IMG/VR virus record: IMGVR_UViG_3300029258_001507
Location: 801-64,800 of that record
Direction: 5' to 3' (one strand)
DNA: 64,000 nucleotides
Source: a virus
Lineage: Duplodnaviria; Caudoviricetes
The position numbers and the translations under genes are program-made. Under the pieces are notes generated by a model. That model was not told the DNA's origin and did not search any database. It saw only the letters and a program-made list of their open reading frames with translations. Within the stretch, counting starts at the first letter, position 1; the number at the start of each line of letters is the position of its first letter. This document shows, in pieces, positions 1 to 8,241 of the stretch.

Positions 1-94
1 CAGTCCCGGGCACGCCCTCGGGAGACCAATTCGTAGATACAGTTGGATCGGAGGAGGTTGTCCCCAACCAGTTGTAGGCCGTCACATCGCTCAC
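1..94 (-). CDS. 5' end of a virion/structural protein, truncated by the window edge (TAYNWLGTTSSDPTVSTNWSPEGVPG...)
   Basis: Hand translation from GTG at 94 or 85; W-G...NW..GVP motif typical of N-termini of beta-helical virion proteins; frame runs open off the left edge. Confidence 0.5.
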   Translation of the reverse strand, partial: MSDVTAYNWLGTTSSDPTVSTNWSPEGVPGT

Positions 95-194
95 CGAGGC
101 CGCATCCGCCGGCCTCTATCCGCCTCGGAAACGCCAGCAGCAACCCGGATGCAGTTGCCCTTCGGCCGCTAAGCCTAGCTGGCGTGTAGACTCC

Positions 195-590
195 TCACGA
201 CTTAAACAAACCGTCATCGTCCGTGGTGGTGAAATTCAGCATCCGTAACGGCCCGGACCTAAACGCTATACAACCTGTAACTATCGTAACGCTTTTCAAG
301 TAGGCGGTACCTTCCGACGGAAGGCAGAGCCTGGTATACCGGTCTTTGCCCGGCGATATCAGCACGTCCGCGCCGTCTGTTGGCACAGTCCCACAGTCCC
401 AATTCGTCGGGTCGTCCCACTCGTTTCCGGGCAACGGAACGTCCCACATACTCTTATTTGGGTGCGGATACGGCACCGACGGACCAATCCACCGGTGCGT
501 GTACGGCTTCGGCGTTATCGCTGCTTTGATCGCGGAGACGGGCGTTAACACCACCGCCGCGATGCCAGCCAGAAAAGATCGTCGTTTCAT
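195..590 (-). CDS. Hypothetical protein with twin-arginine-like N-terminus
   Basis: MKRRSFLAG followed by a hydrophobic stretch; internal WDDPTNWDCGTVP motif; GGTGAG RBS. Confidence 0.6.
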   Translation of the reverse strand: MKRRSFLAGIAAVVLTPVSAIKAAITPKPYTHRWIGPSVPYPHPNKSMWDVPLPGNEWDDPTNWDCGTVPTDGADVLISPGKDRYTRLCLPSEGTAYLKSVTIVTGCIAFRSGPLRMLNFTTTDDDGLFKS

Positions 591-599
591 GGACTCACC

Positions 600-911
600 T
601 TATGTCGGCGTGGCTGGGTTGCTGTAACACCGCAAATCGGCCGAGACGAGCACTTTAGTCGTGCAATCGGCCGGCAAGACGGACGGCACCTGCCCATCGA
701 CGGCCAACTCCGCCGCCTGAATGCCGGCGATCGCCTCGATATTTGCCTTGAGCGTCTGGTAATCGCCTCGCGTCACCGCCGGGGCAAGTGTCAGCAGGAC
801 ACAAGCCAACTTCTGATCGGCGACCACGTCAATTTGCGAGGTCTTCCTCGCCCCCTTGTTGATCGCCTGGAATAGTTGCTCGTCGGCGGTCGGAATCGTG
901 ATGGTTTTCAT
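600..911 (-). CDS. Hypothetical protein
   Basis: 103-aa ORF tightly packed in the operon; GGAGA RBS. Confidence 0.65.
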   Translation of the reverse strand: MKTITIPTADEQLFQAINKGARKTSQIDVVADQKLACVLLTLAPAVTRGDYQTLKANIEAIAGIQAAELAVDGQVPSVLPADCTTKVLVSADLRCYSNPATPT

Positions 912-919
912 CGCATCTC

Positions 920-1312
920 CTAGTTAGATATCGCAACGACTGTCGCGATAGCAGCCACTGTCGTTGCTACACAAGCAGCCGACGCAATCAGGACTCCGAT
1001 CAGCTGCCATGTTGAATTAGTTCGCTTTTTCAAATCCGTTTCCACGTTGTCAATCTTCGTATCATGCACGGCCACTGTCTTGATTAGCCCAGGCTGGCCG
1101 TTTCCTCGCAACAACACAATCACCTCGTCAAGTCGCTTGTTGTTCGTGTTTGTTGCTGCAGTCAGTGTGGCAGTCTTCTCCACCTGCTCCGTAATTCGTG
1201 CGTGCAAAACATCAAAATCGCCCCTAGTGACATCACCCATGCCAATTTCCTCGATAGCTGCTGAGTCTAACCAATCACGCCTAGTCGTCCAGTTCCTTCG
1301 CTGCCTCTGCAA
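920..1312 (-). CDS. Small coiled-coil protein with C-terminal TM helix (holin/hemolysin-like); true start probably near 1240
   Basis: RGNGQPGL motif, coiled coil, C-terminal hydrophobic segment. Confidence 0.5.
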   Translation of the reverse strand: MQRQRRNWTTRRDWLDSAAIEEIGMGDVTRGDFDVLHARITEQVEKTATLTAATNTNNKRLDEVIVLLRGNGQPGLIKTVAVHDTKIDNVETDLKKRTNSTWQLIGVLIASAACVATTVAAIATVVAISN

Positions 1313-2711
1313 TGGCGTCTACGTCTCGCTGTGCGTCTTCGCTGGCTCTTGCTATCTCTGTCTTCGCCCTCGCTTCCTCTTCGGCGGCCACAGCCTTTGC
1401 TTCCCGCACTTTCGATGCCGCCGCACGAGCCGCCACGCTATGCGGCATGGGCGGCTTTGGGTCTGCCACAGCAGGCATTGGCGGTGGCTTGATTGCTGCC
1501 ATGATGTCCTGTGCAAGCGGCTCGGCAATCGGCCTGGCTTTCTCGACAGCCTTCTCAACGTCCTCTGCGGTAACTGCCCCGGTCTGCTGGTAGTTTTTCC
1601 ACAATAGATAAATAACGATTATCAGCAGAATGATCCATGGCAGCCACCGCTCCAGGGCTGTCGTCCAATGAGTCGCCGTGTTCGCCTCGTTGGTTATTGC
1701 GTTCTGCTCGATTGAAACAAGTTTCTCCTCGATGGCCTGTTTCTCCCTCTCTGATGCCTCTTCCTCCGCTTGCTTCCTCTGTTCGTCCAGCTTGGCCGCA
1801 GCACCTTCCGCCGCTTCCCTTGCCTTAGCTGCCTCCTCTTGCGCGGCCTGCACTGCTTTGGCTGCCTCCTCCTGCAAAATCGCAAACTGCGTCGAAACAA
1901 GCGTACTGTCAGCATTCGGGGTTGTTTCTGCCGGTACACCACCTGGTGCCCTGGGTGCTGCATTCGGGTCATTCTCGCTTCCGCCCAGCAAGCCGAATCG
2001 ACCTCCAAGTAACCCTCCACCAAGCTGGCCATTACCTGGACACGCATCAGCAACTAGGGATAACTCGACATCAATCAGGTCCTTCGTGAATGCCCCGAGA
2101 CTCCTCACAGTTGTCTCTACCGTGTTCGCATAGGTGCGATTGCTGCCGATGTTGGTCGTTTGCAAACACCCTATCAGTCTTCCGTCAAGCGTAAACACAG
2201 GCCCACCGGAATCACCACTGATAGAATATGGGGTTACCCCTATTCGCCCGTTCGTCGTCACGCTGACTACTTTCCCACGGTGCCAATACAGCTTCGCTGG
2301 GGATTTGCCGTATCCAGCCTTCCAAACATACTCGCCCTTTTTCGGCGTGACGCCAATTCGCACACCGCGAATACTCGCCTCAACAGGCCGCTCGATCCGC
2401 AGATAGGACGCATCAAACTCCTTCGATCTGCCAACAACTCGATATTTGTACTCACCACCGCCGAAGAAATCGACCGTGCCAGTCTGTGAATCATTTGTAA
2501 CATGGTCCGCCGTCAGAATCAGGCAGCCACCGAGATAGCACCCTGAACCCCTGCTTCCGTCCGATGCTTCCACCCTGCATATATTTGGCTGCTGATGTCT
2601 CAGCACTTCCGGCAATGCCGCCCTGGCTATTGCAGCACTCACGAACATGACCGTTACCACAATGCCAATTGTCAATAGCGTCGTGACGATATGCTTGCGT
2701 GTCAATCTCAT
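1281..2711 (-). CDS. Trypsin-like serine protease with signal anchor, coiled coil and second TM helix
   Basis: GSG, LTADH, FD, GDSGGP triad motifs; N-terminal hydrophobic helix; WLPWIILLIIVIYLLW TM segment. Confidence 0.85.
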   Translation of the reverse strand: MRLTRKHIVTTLLTIGIVVTVMFVSAAIARAALPEVLRHQQPNICRVEASDGSRGSGCYLGGCLILTADHVTNDSQTGTVDFFGGGEYKYRVVGRSKEFDASYLRIERPVEASIRGVRIGVTPKKGEYVWKAGYGKSPAKLYWHRGKVVSVTTNGRIGVTPYSISGDSGGPVFTLDGRLIGCLQTTNIGSNRTYANTVETTVRSLGAFTKDLIDVELSLVADACPGNGQLGGGLLGGRFGLLGGSENDPNAAPRAPGGVPAETTPNADSTLVSTQFAILQEEAAKAVQAAQEEAAKAREAAEGAAAKLDEQRKQAEEEASEREKQAIEEKLVSIEQNAITNEANTATHWTTALERWLPWIILLIIVIYLLWKNYQQTGAVTAEDVEKAVEKARPIAEPLAQDIMAAIKPPPMPAVADPKPPMPHSVAARAAASKVREAKAVAAEEEARAKTEIARASEDAQRDVDAIAEAAKELDD

Positions 2712-2914
2712 AATGTCACCTTTTGCCCGTCTTCTATTCTTATCGGCAACGCTGGTGGTAGCCTAATTTCACTAATGCCGATTCTCACAAATACGCGCAG
2801 CTCGGCATTTTCAGCAATAGACAACGCCTCACGCATTGCGACCACCGCGTTTTCCAATGCGACTCTCGCATCGTACTGCTCGCTAGCCTTGTCGATAAAC
2901 TCTGTCTTGTCCAC
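2708..2914 (-). CDS. Hypothetical protein
   Basis: 68-aa ORF whose stop overlaps the start of the protease gene. Confidence 0.5.
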   Translation of the reverse strand: MDKTEFIDKASEQYDARVALENAVVAMREALSIAENAELRVFVRIGISEIRLPPALPIRIEDGQKVTL

Positions 2915-2919
2915 TGCTG

Positions 2920-3291
2920 CTATTCCGTAGTCGGCAATGTGTCACTTGCCCGAATCGTTTGGACCACGCGACGCATCTCTCTGCCCTTGATGTCCGGAGT
3001 AGTCCGCACCGTAACCACCTGCTTCAGGTTGGACAATGGGCTAGGCAAATCTATCATTTTTCCAAGCCAGAGAATGCTTCCGTCGGTTATGTCCCTGTCT
3101 ACGATGAGCGTCGTATCAATCGCGACCGTAACGCCCCGGTTATTCACCGTCTCGTCCCTGGTGTTGATGTGGCGGACGCTTATTTCCACGGGCGTTCCAG
3201 AAACAGTGGCAACGCCCTCATTGTCGTAATAGCCCGTAGCCTCCCAGAGAACAGCCTTCTGGTGCAAACAATCAGTCTCTACTGCCGGCAT
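2920..3291 (-). CDS. Head closure / head-tail joining protein
   Basis: Size, beta-rich pattern (YDNEG...V...PVEI) and position after the adaptor gene. Confidence 0.6.
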   Translation of the reverse strand: MPAVETDCLHQKAVLWEATGYYDNEGVATVSGTPVEISVRHINTRDETVNNRGVTVAIDTTLIVDRDITDGSILWLGKMIDLPSPLSNLKQVVTVRTTPDIKGREMRRVVQTIRASDTLPTTE

Positions 3292-3704
3292 CAGTCTCTG
3301 TCCTTGTAGTCAGTTTGCTCACTGGGAGGCCGTCCGAGCCACACCCCACTAGCTTTGGGCCTTGGAGTCGAATCGAGTTGGGTCAGCGTGCCTGTAACGT
3401 CTAGTCGTTTTGCGGTCTGTCCCCACAGAGTCGAATCAAGGCCCATGTCCGTCTTGCCCTGGAATACCGCGCTTGCCCCGTCCGTTCTCTTGGAGTGGTA
3501 TTGCAAGTCGCGATGGGCGTAGAAATGCGCCGCGAGATTCTCCTCAATCTTCTTTGTCAGAGCGTCCGTTAATACACTCCCGGAATCTTGCGATACCACA
3601 TAGTCCGTCAGGGCGTTCGCCGTGTCAATAAACGGGTCCACGCTCAAATCCGGATCGGTACTGATAATCGCTCTGACTTCAGATTGTGAAGTTCTCCACG
3701 CCAT
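3291..3704 (-). CDS. Head-tail adaptor protein
   Basis: LAAH and L.ST.WGQ motifs; position downstream of the capsid gene. Confidence 0.65.
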   Translation of the reverse strand: MAWRTSQSEVRAIISTDPDLSVDPFIDTANALTDYVVSQDSGSVLTDALTKKIEENLAAHFYAHRDLQYHSKRTDGASAVFQGKTDMGLDSTLWGQTAKRLDVTGTLTQLDSTPRPKASGVWLGRPPSEQTDYKDRD

Positions 3705-3708
3705 CGCA

Positions 3709-4074
3709 TCATGCCTCCGCTAGGGCTTCCTGGATGGCCTGAAGAATCTCTGGCTTCCGAGTGCATCCATCAATGAGAATGCCTTCGTCAGCGGCAAATG
3801 TCTTTAATTCAGCTACGGTGAATTCCCCAAACTCTGCCAGGAATTCATCCGAAAAGGAATTGGTTGCTTCGCCCAGCTCAGCCTCTTCGCTGCTAATCAG
3901 CCGGAATTTGTCACTCCCGAATAACCGGTCAAGCGGCTTCTCGGTGACAATGATATCTTTCAGCCCAGGACGCAGCTTTCCATGTCCATCTCTCGCGCCG
4001 TAGACGGTCTTGTTTTCGCCATCGCCCTCTTCGTACTTGCCGCTCAGAATGCGGTACTGTCGCAACTTAGCCAT
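3709..4074 (-). CDS. Small head-associated protein with C-terminal HeH/LEM/Rho-N-like domain
   Basis: TVAELKTFA...GI...TRKPEILQAI motif; directly follows the capsid gene. Confidence 0.6.
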   Translation of the reverse strand: MAKLRQYRILSGKYEEGDGENKTVYGARDGHGKLRPGLKDIIVTEKPLDRLFGSDKFRLISSEEAELGEATNSFSDEFLAEFGEFTVAELKTFAADEGILIDGCTRKPEILQAIQEALAEA

Positions 4075-4110
4075 TGCTTACTCCTTGGGCCCTGTTGTCA
4101 CACGAAATAA

Positions 4111-4150
4111 GCCCCCCGGCGATGCGCAACAGGGGCACACACCGCCGGGA
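4111..4150 (-). terminator. GC-rich hairpin after the major capsid gene (attenuator/terminator-like)
   Basis: cccggcg...cgccggg inverted repeat followed on the minus strand by cttattt. Confidence 0.45.
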
Positions 4151-4164
4151 GGAGCCCAAGAAGA

Positions 4165-5328
4165 CTACGCAGTAGTCGCGTGCATGATGCCGCAGTTGTT
4201 GTTGTAGTCGTCGCGAATTTGCGGCACTTGGATTGCCATGACCTTATAGTTGATCTGCATTCCGCCGCGAGTCTCCCAACGCAACGTGGTTATGTCCATG
4301 CCATTGATGGCTCGTGCCACGTCGGCCGTCATCTGGACGAGAATCAGGGTAAACGTACTAGTCAGGAAATCCAGTTGTCGCACGTCGCTGATAGAGTCGA
4401 TCTTCTTCAGCCGGTCCCGAAGCGTATTGTCGCCCTTGTTCGCCGAATAATCGGCGTCCATGAATGGAGCCCAATCCGTCGAATGGTACATCATGAACGG
4501 ACCATAGAATCCGTCGTCGTTCAGCGTCTTAATCATGCCCAAGACTTCGGACACGGTCGTGGCGTTCGTGCTGACTCCCGTAGGTGTCGTTACGTCAGTC
4601 TTCGTGTTACGCGCCGGATGGGTCGTGTACCCATAGACCTTCGACGTTTGGCTGTACGCAGTGCTCACGCCATACGCATACGGCGTCACCGTGCCAATGA
4701 CCGACTTTTCGATCTGCTCAGCCACACGCCGCCCAGCGGCCTCGGCCGTGGTTGTGTCCAATGGCGAGCCCATGTTTCTCGACTGCATCAAGGTACGATG
4801 CTTGATGAAGAAATCCGCATGCGTAATCGGCAGCGGCATTCCCTCCAGCTTGTACAACGGTGCATCGTTGCGACCCTCGGTCGTGCCGTGCATGTCGACC
4901 ATCGCCTCACCCGGATCACTTTGCGTTTCGTGTTCCAGGATCGTCTTGGACATGCCATCGAATCCGCCATAGGAATTTGCACTGGCCAAATCCGTCCACG
5001 CTCGCAATCGCTGACGGGTAGCCATGACAACCGCTTCATCGAATTTGATCCACTCATCCTTACGCAAGGACGTTGCATTCGTCACGTCCATGGGAATGTC
5101 AAATCCATGATGCCGTGCATCGTTCACCGTTACCGTGCGGTATTCCGGCTTGCTCTTGCCAGTTTTGTTGTCGACAAGCTGCCGGCCCGTCTTTACCGTC
5201 ACGTACGCTTTTCCATCACGACCAACAAATGGACGCAGCAATCGCGGCTCGAACCGATATTGGTTATGGAACCGCTCGCCAACGTCGCCAACTCCCTGGC
5301 CGTTGATGATGAAATCAGATGTAAACAT
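4165..5328 (-). CDS. Major capsid protein (HK97 fold, encapsulin/linocin-like family)
   Basis: 387 aa; LRKDEW..FD.AV, PLPITH.DF, YGPF and final AIQVPQIR motifs; follows protease and decoration genes; GAGGAG RBS. Confidence 0.85.
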   Translation of the reverse strand: MFTSDFIINGQGVGDVGERFHNQYRFEPRLLRPFVGRDGKAYVTVKTGRQLVDNKTGKSKPEYRTVTVNDARHHGFDIPMDVTNATSLRKDEWIKFDEAVVMATRQRLRAWTDLASANSYGGFDGMSKTILEHETQSDPGEAMVDMHGTTEGRNDAPLYKLEGMPLPITHADFFIKHRTLMQSRNMGSPLDTTTAEAAGRRVAEQIEKSVIGTVTPYAYGVSTAYSQTSKVYGYTTHPARNTKTDVTTPTGVSTNATTVSEVLGMIKTLNDDGFYGPFMMYHSTDWAPFMDADYSANKGDNTLRDRLKKIDSISDVRQLDFLTSTFTLILVQMTADVARAINGMDITTLRWETRGGMQINYKVMAIQVPQIRDDYNNNCGIMHATTA

Positions 5329-5372
5329 GTGTTTCTCCTCGTATGTCAGTTACTTGCACACTTGGCAAGACA

Positions 5373-5864
5373 TTAGTATCCCGTGTATTCACAGAGCAGC
5401 AGCTGCTCCGACGTCGGATTGGTTGATGTCTCCAGGCACTCGAACGGCTCGGCCTCAGGTGAGCCCGTCGTAGCAATCAACTTGCCCGTGGTCGTTTGCG
5501 CTATGAACAAATCGCCGATTGCGTGATCGTCACCAGTACCGGACACATCGGCCACCCGCATGTTGAATTGCTCGCCTGGTGCCGGGCAATACAGGAAGCA
5601 CGTCTCGCCTCCAGAATAGGCATCGTCGTAGTTCTTCCCTTGCAATTCGTCTTCGATCAGAATGGCAATAGTAACCCGGATTCCGTCATCGCCCTCGTTC
5701 AGGCGATCCAATACGTCGGTGTAAGTGAATTTGCCATTCACCATTTCCGTGCTGCCTTTTCGCACCATTAGGGTGCCAGGCTTCGGCGTGATCGAGGAAT
5801 CCACAATCCCCTCAATGAACACCCCCTTGGGGTAAGCCGTGGCAATGATTTTGTCGCCAGTCAT
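5373..5864 (-). CDS. Capsid decoration protein, paralog 2
   Basis: Clearly similar to 5883-6362; lies between protease and capsid genes. Confidence 0.65.
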   Translation of the reverse strand: MTGDKIIATAYPKGVFIEGIVDSSITPKPGTLMVRKGSTEMVNGKFTYTDVLDRLNEGDDGIRVTIAILIEDELQGKNYDDAYSGGETCFLYCPAPGEQFNMRVADVSGTGDDHAIGDLFIAQTTTGKLIATTGSPEAEPFECLETSTNPTSEQLLLCEYTGY

Positions 5865-5882
5865 ATCTCAATCCCTTCCGGA

Positions 5883-6362
5883 TTAGTATCCAGTGTATTC
5901 CGACAGTAGCAGCGTGTCCGCTACTGGATTGGTTGATGTTTCGATGCACTCGAACGGCTCGGATTCCGGCGTTCCAGTCGTAGCAATCAACTTGCCAGTC
6001 CCCGAGTCGACAATCTGCATATCACCGATCGCCTTGCTGTCGCCGGTACCTGCAACGTCCTGATATCGCATGTTCAGTTTCTCGCCCATGACGGGAACAT
6101 AAAGGTAGCACGTAGACCCAGCCTCGTAGGCGTCGTCATAAGTCCTGCCTTGCAATTCGTCTTCGAGTAGCACCGCAACAAGCCGACGGTTCCCGTCAGT
6201 GCCCGGTGCGTAAACAGTCCACTCGTACCGTCCGTTCACCGGCTCCGTGGCAGCGGACTTCATCATCACGACACCCGGCTTCGGGGTCTGCCCGGAAGCC
6301 AGAAAGCCTTCCTTAAATACCCCCTTGGGCTCTGCCGAAGCAATGATCTTCGTGCCTGTCAT
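5883..6362 (-). CDS. Capsid decoration protein, paralog 1
   Basis: Shares EDELQG..YDDAY, TGKLIATTG.PE.EPFEC.ETSTNP and EYTGY with its neighbour. Confidence 0.65.
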   Translation of the reverse strand: MTGTKIIASAEPKGVFKEGFLASGQTPKPGVVMMKSAATEPVNGRYEWTVYAPGTDGNRRLVAVLLEDELQGRTYDDAYEAGSTCYLYVPVMGEKLNMRYQDVAGTGDSKAIGDMQIVDSGTGKLIATTGTPESEPFECIETSTNPVADTLLLSEYTGY

Positions 6363-6418
6363 AGTGTGTTCTCCTTATTCCAATGCCTTATACGCACTGG
6401 CTTGCTTGCGTGTGTTGA

Positions 6419-7933
6419 CTACTCGCCTGCTTCACCAGGCAACAGCAAGTGGTCCTCCGACGCCTGATCCATGCCAGGTCGGCCCATGTTGTCCACTGCT
6501 GACGCCCCAATAAAGTGCTGTTGCGGCGGTTCTTCCTTCGGCGCAAGCGATGCCAATACAGTCAATTCGTCGAGGCTCTTGGAATTGAGCACCTTCGCCA
6601 CCGATTCTTTCTTGTCGTCGCCGACGTTTCCAATCAGCTTCTCGACAATGGCATCTTTCTCTCGCTGCTCAAGAACCTGAGCATGGCGGAATGTGTTCTG
6701 CACGCTTTCCGGAGCCGATTCAAGCCATTCGTTTTCGGTCATTGGCTTGCTTGCTTTCTTCTCGTCCATCTCTTCCTCTGTGTTTGTCGCGTTCTCCACC
6801 GGCTCCTTCGGCACGGTAGCCCATGTTTTCTTGTCGGCGTCATACGTGTGCCGATTTCCATCCGCGTCCTCGAATCCTTCCTTTGCGGCGTTCGCAACCA
6901 AGGACTCTTCCGCGACTTTCTCGACTGCCTTGACAGCGTTGGTAAGCATCGCATCATTCAAATCCATCAGATCAGAACGATTCGTCTCGTCGTAGCAGCA
7001 AGAGTTTTCAATCAAGCTGTCGACCATCTCAAGACGTTTCTCATCACTCAGGGACATAGTGTCACCCTCCGAATTCAGCATTTTTCCGTTTACAGGCTTC
7101 CACCTGACTACCTTGATTACTTCCGTTGGCAAATCGCCAGACAGCACGACCTTTTCGCGAGTTCGCGTGTAGGGCAAAGAGAAGTATCGCTCCTTGCGAA
7201 GGAAGACCACGCGGTTCTGGAATAAGTCCTCCAGGTACACCGTGTCCAATCCGGCGCCAGTACTAAACCGATCCCGAAGCTGCTGCCTCAGCACATCCTT
7301 GATCGTGTCTATCGATAACTCGTTCCCTACTGTGGTTTTCGTGGGCCCCGCACTTGCACCACTGCCATCCTCCGCTTGTTCATTCATCAGTACCCCGCAT
7401 CCGTCCTTAATGGAACATGCTCCTACTTGGTCCGGCAGAATCGCCAGGTGATCCGGCTCGTAATTCCGCGCTATGTACGTGTAGACATCCCCTGTTGGTG
7501 TCGCGCCTGGAGCGTGCTCATTCTCGGTCATGAGCCCAGTAGATAATTCGATTGGACGGCGGTCTTGAAGCGATGTAAGAATTCGCTTGTCGACTTTGGA
7601 AGTCTGGTCGACCGCAAACCACCCTTCAGCCTTGAGGTGACCGCGACCATCGATCGAGGCGTTGCGAATGTGACCTATCCCGAATTCATCCAGGACGCCA
7701 TCCGTCTTAACAGAGACCGACTCACCGTTAACAGTCGGATGATTGACGACGAGAGGCACGCCGTTCCACGATTCGCGGCTCTTGGCTATTTCGTCCGCCG
7801 GGTAATACAGCGGACCAGCACTACCATTGAGCACGCCCGGTACAATCAGCGTTAGAGGGGCAACTAGATATTCCGTGCCGTTGTCACTGCGGAATTCGGC
7901 CTTGCCCACAAAGTTGAGTGTGAGGTTTTCCAT
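6419..7933 (-). CDS. Prohead protease/scaffold (DUF2213-like)
   Basis: NHP, ELSTG, PDHLAILPDQVGACS..DGCG motifs; acidic scaffold-like C-terminus. Confidence 0.85.
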   Translation of the reverse strand: MENLTLNFVGKAEFRSDNGTEYLVAPLTLIVPGVLNGSAGPLYYPADEIAKSRESWNGVPLVVNHPTVNGESVSVKTDGVLDEFGIGHIRNASIDGRGHLKAEGWFAVDQTSKVDKRILTSLQDRRPIELSTGLMTENEHAPGATPTGDVYTYIARNYEPDHLAILPDQVGACSIKDGCGVLMNEQAEDGSGASAGPTKTTVGNELSIDTIKDVLRQQLRDRFSTGAGLDTVYLEDLFQNRVVFLRKERYFSLPYTRTREKVVLSGDLPTEVIKVVRWKPVNGKMLNSEGDTMSLSDEKRLEMVDSLIENSCCYDETNRSDLMDLNDAMLTNAVKAVEKVAEESLVANAAKEGFEDADGNRHTYDADKKTWATVPKEPVENATNTEEEMDEKKASKPMTENEWLESAPESVQNTFRHAQVLEQREKDAIVEKLIGNVGDDKKESVAKVLNSKSLDELTVLASLAPKEEPPQQHFIGASAVDNMGRPGMDQASEDHLLLPGEAGE

Positions 7934-8001
7934 GCGCCGAAGATAAACGTGTCAGTTATCTTCAGGCAAGCAGAGTGCATGGTTTCTCACCCCTGGGGTG
8001 G

Positions 8002-8241
8002 CTACTCCCCACTAGATAGCAACCGGACCCATCGGTAGTGCGTTTTCCGATGGAAATACTCACAGACAATCGTCTGTCCGGTCCCAGCAAGATTACGCCT
8101 CGCCCTGTAGATCACGCTACGTAACGTGACGTTTGACATGTCCGGCTTTTCGAGGGCCTCGCGAATTTCGTCCTTCGTGTGAGGCAGCCCATCCGATAAT
8201 AGCTCTAGGACTATTTGTTGAGGTACTGATAGATTGGTCAT
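8002..8241 (-). CDS. Small winged-helix DNA-binding protein
   Basis: LS..QQ.VLELLSDG.PHT..EI...L...I.R.R pattern. Confidence 0.6.
   Translation of the reverse strand: MTNLSVPQQIVLELLSDGLPHTKDEIREALEKPDMSNVTLRSVIYRARRNLAGTGQTIVCEYFHRKTHYRWVRLLSSGE

Noticed and set aside
4180-5376. 398-aa antisense ORF over the capsid gene and similar long shadow ORFs
   Set aside because: No motifs, RBS or promoter, unlike 8676-9521; expected from codon bias in GC-rich genes
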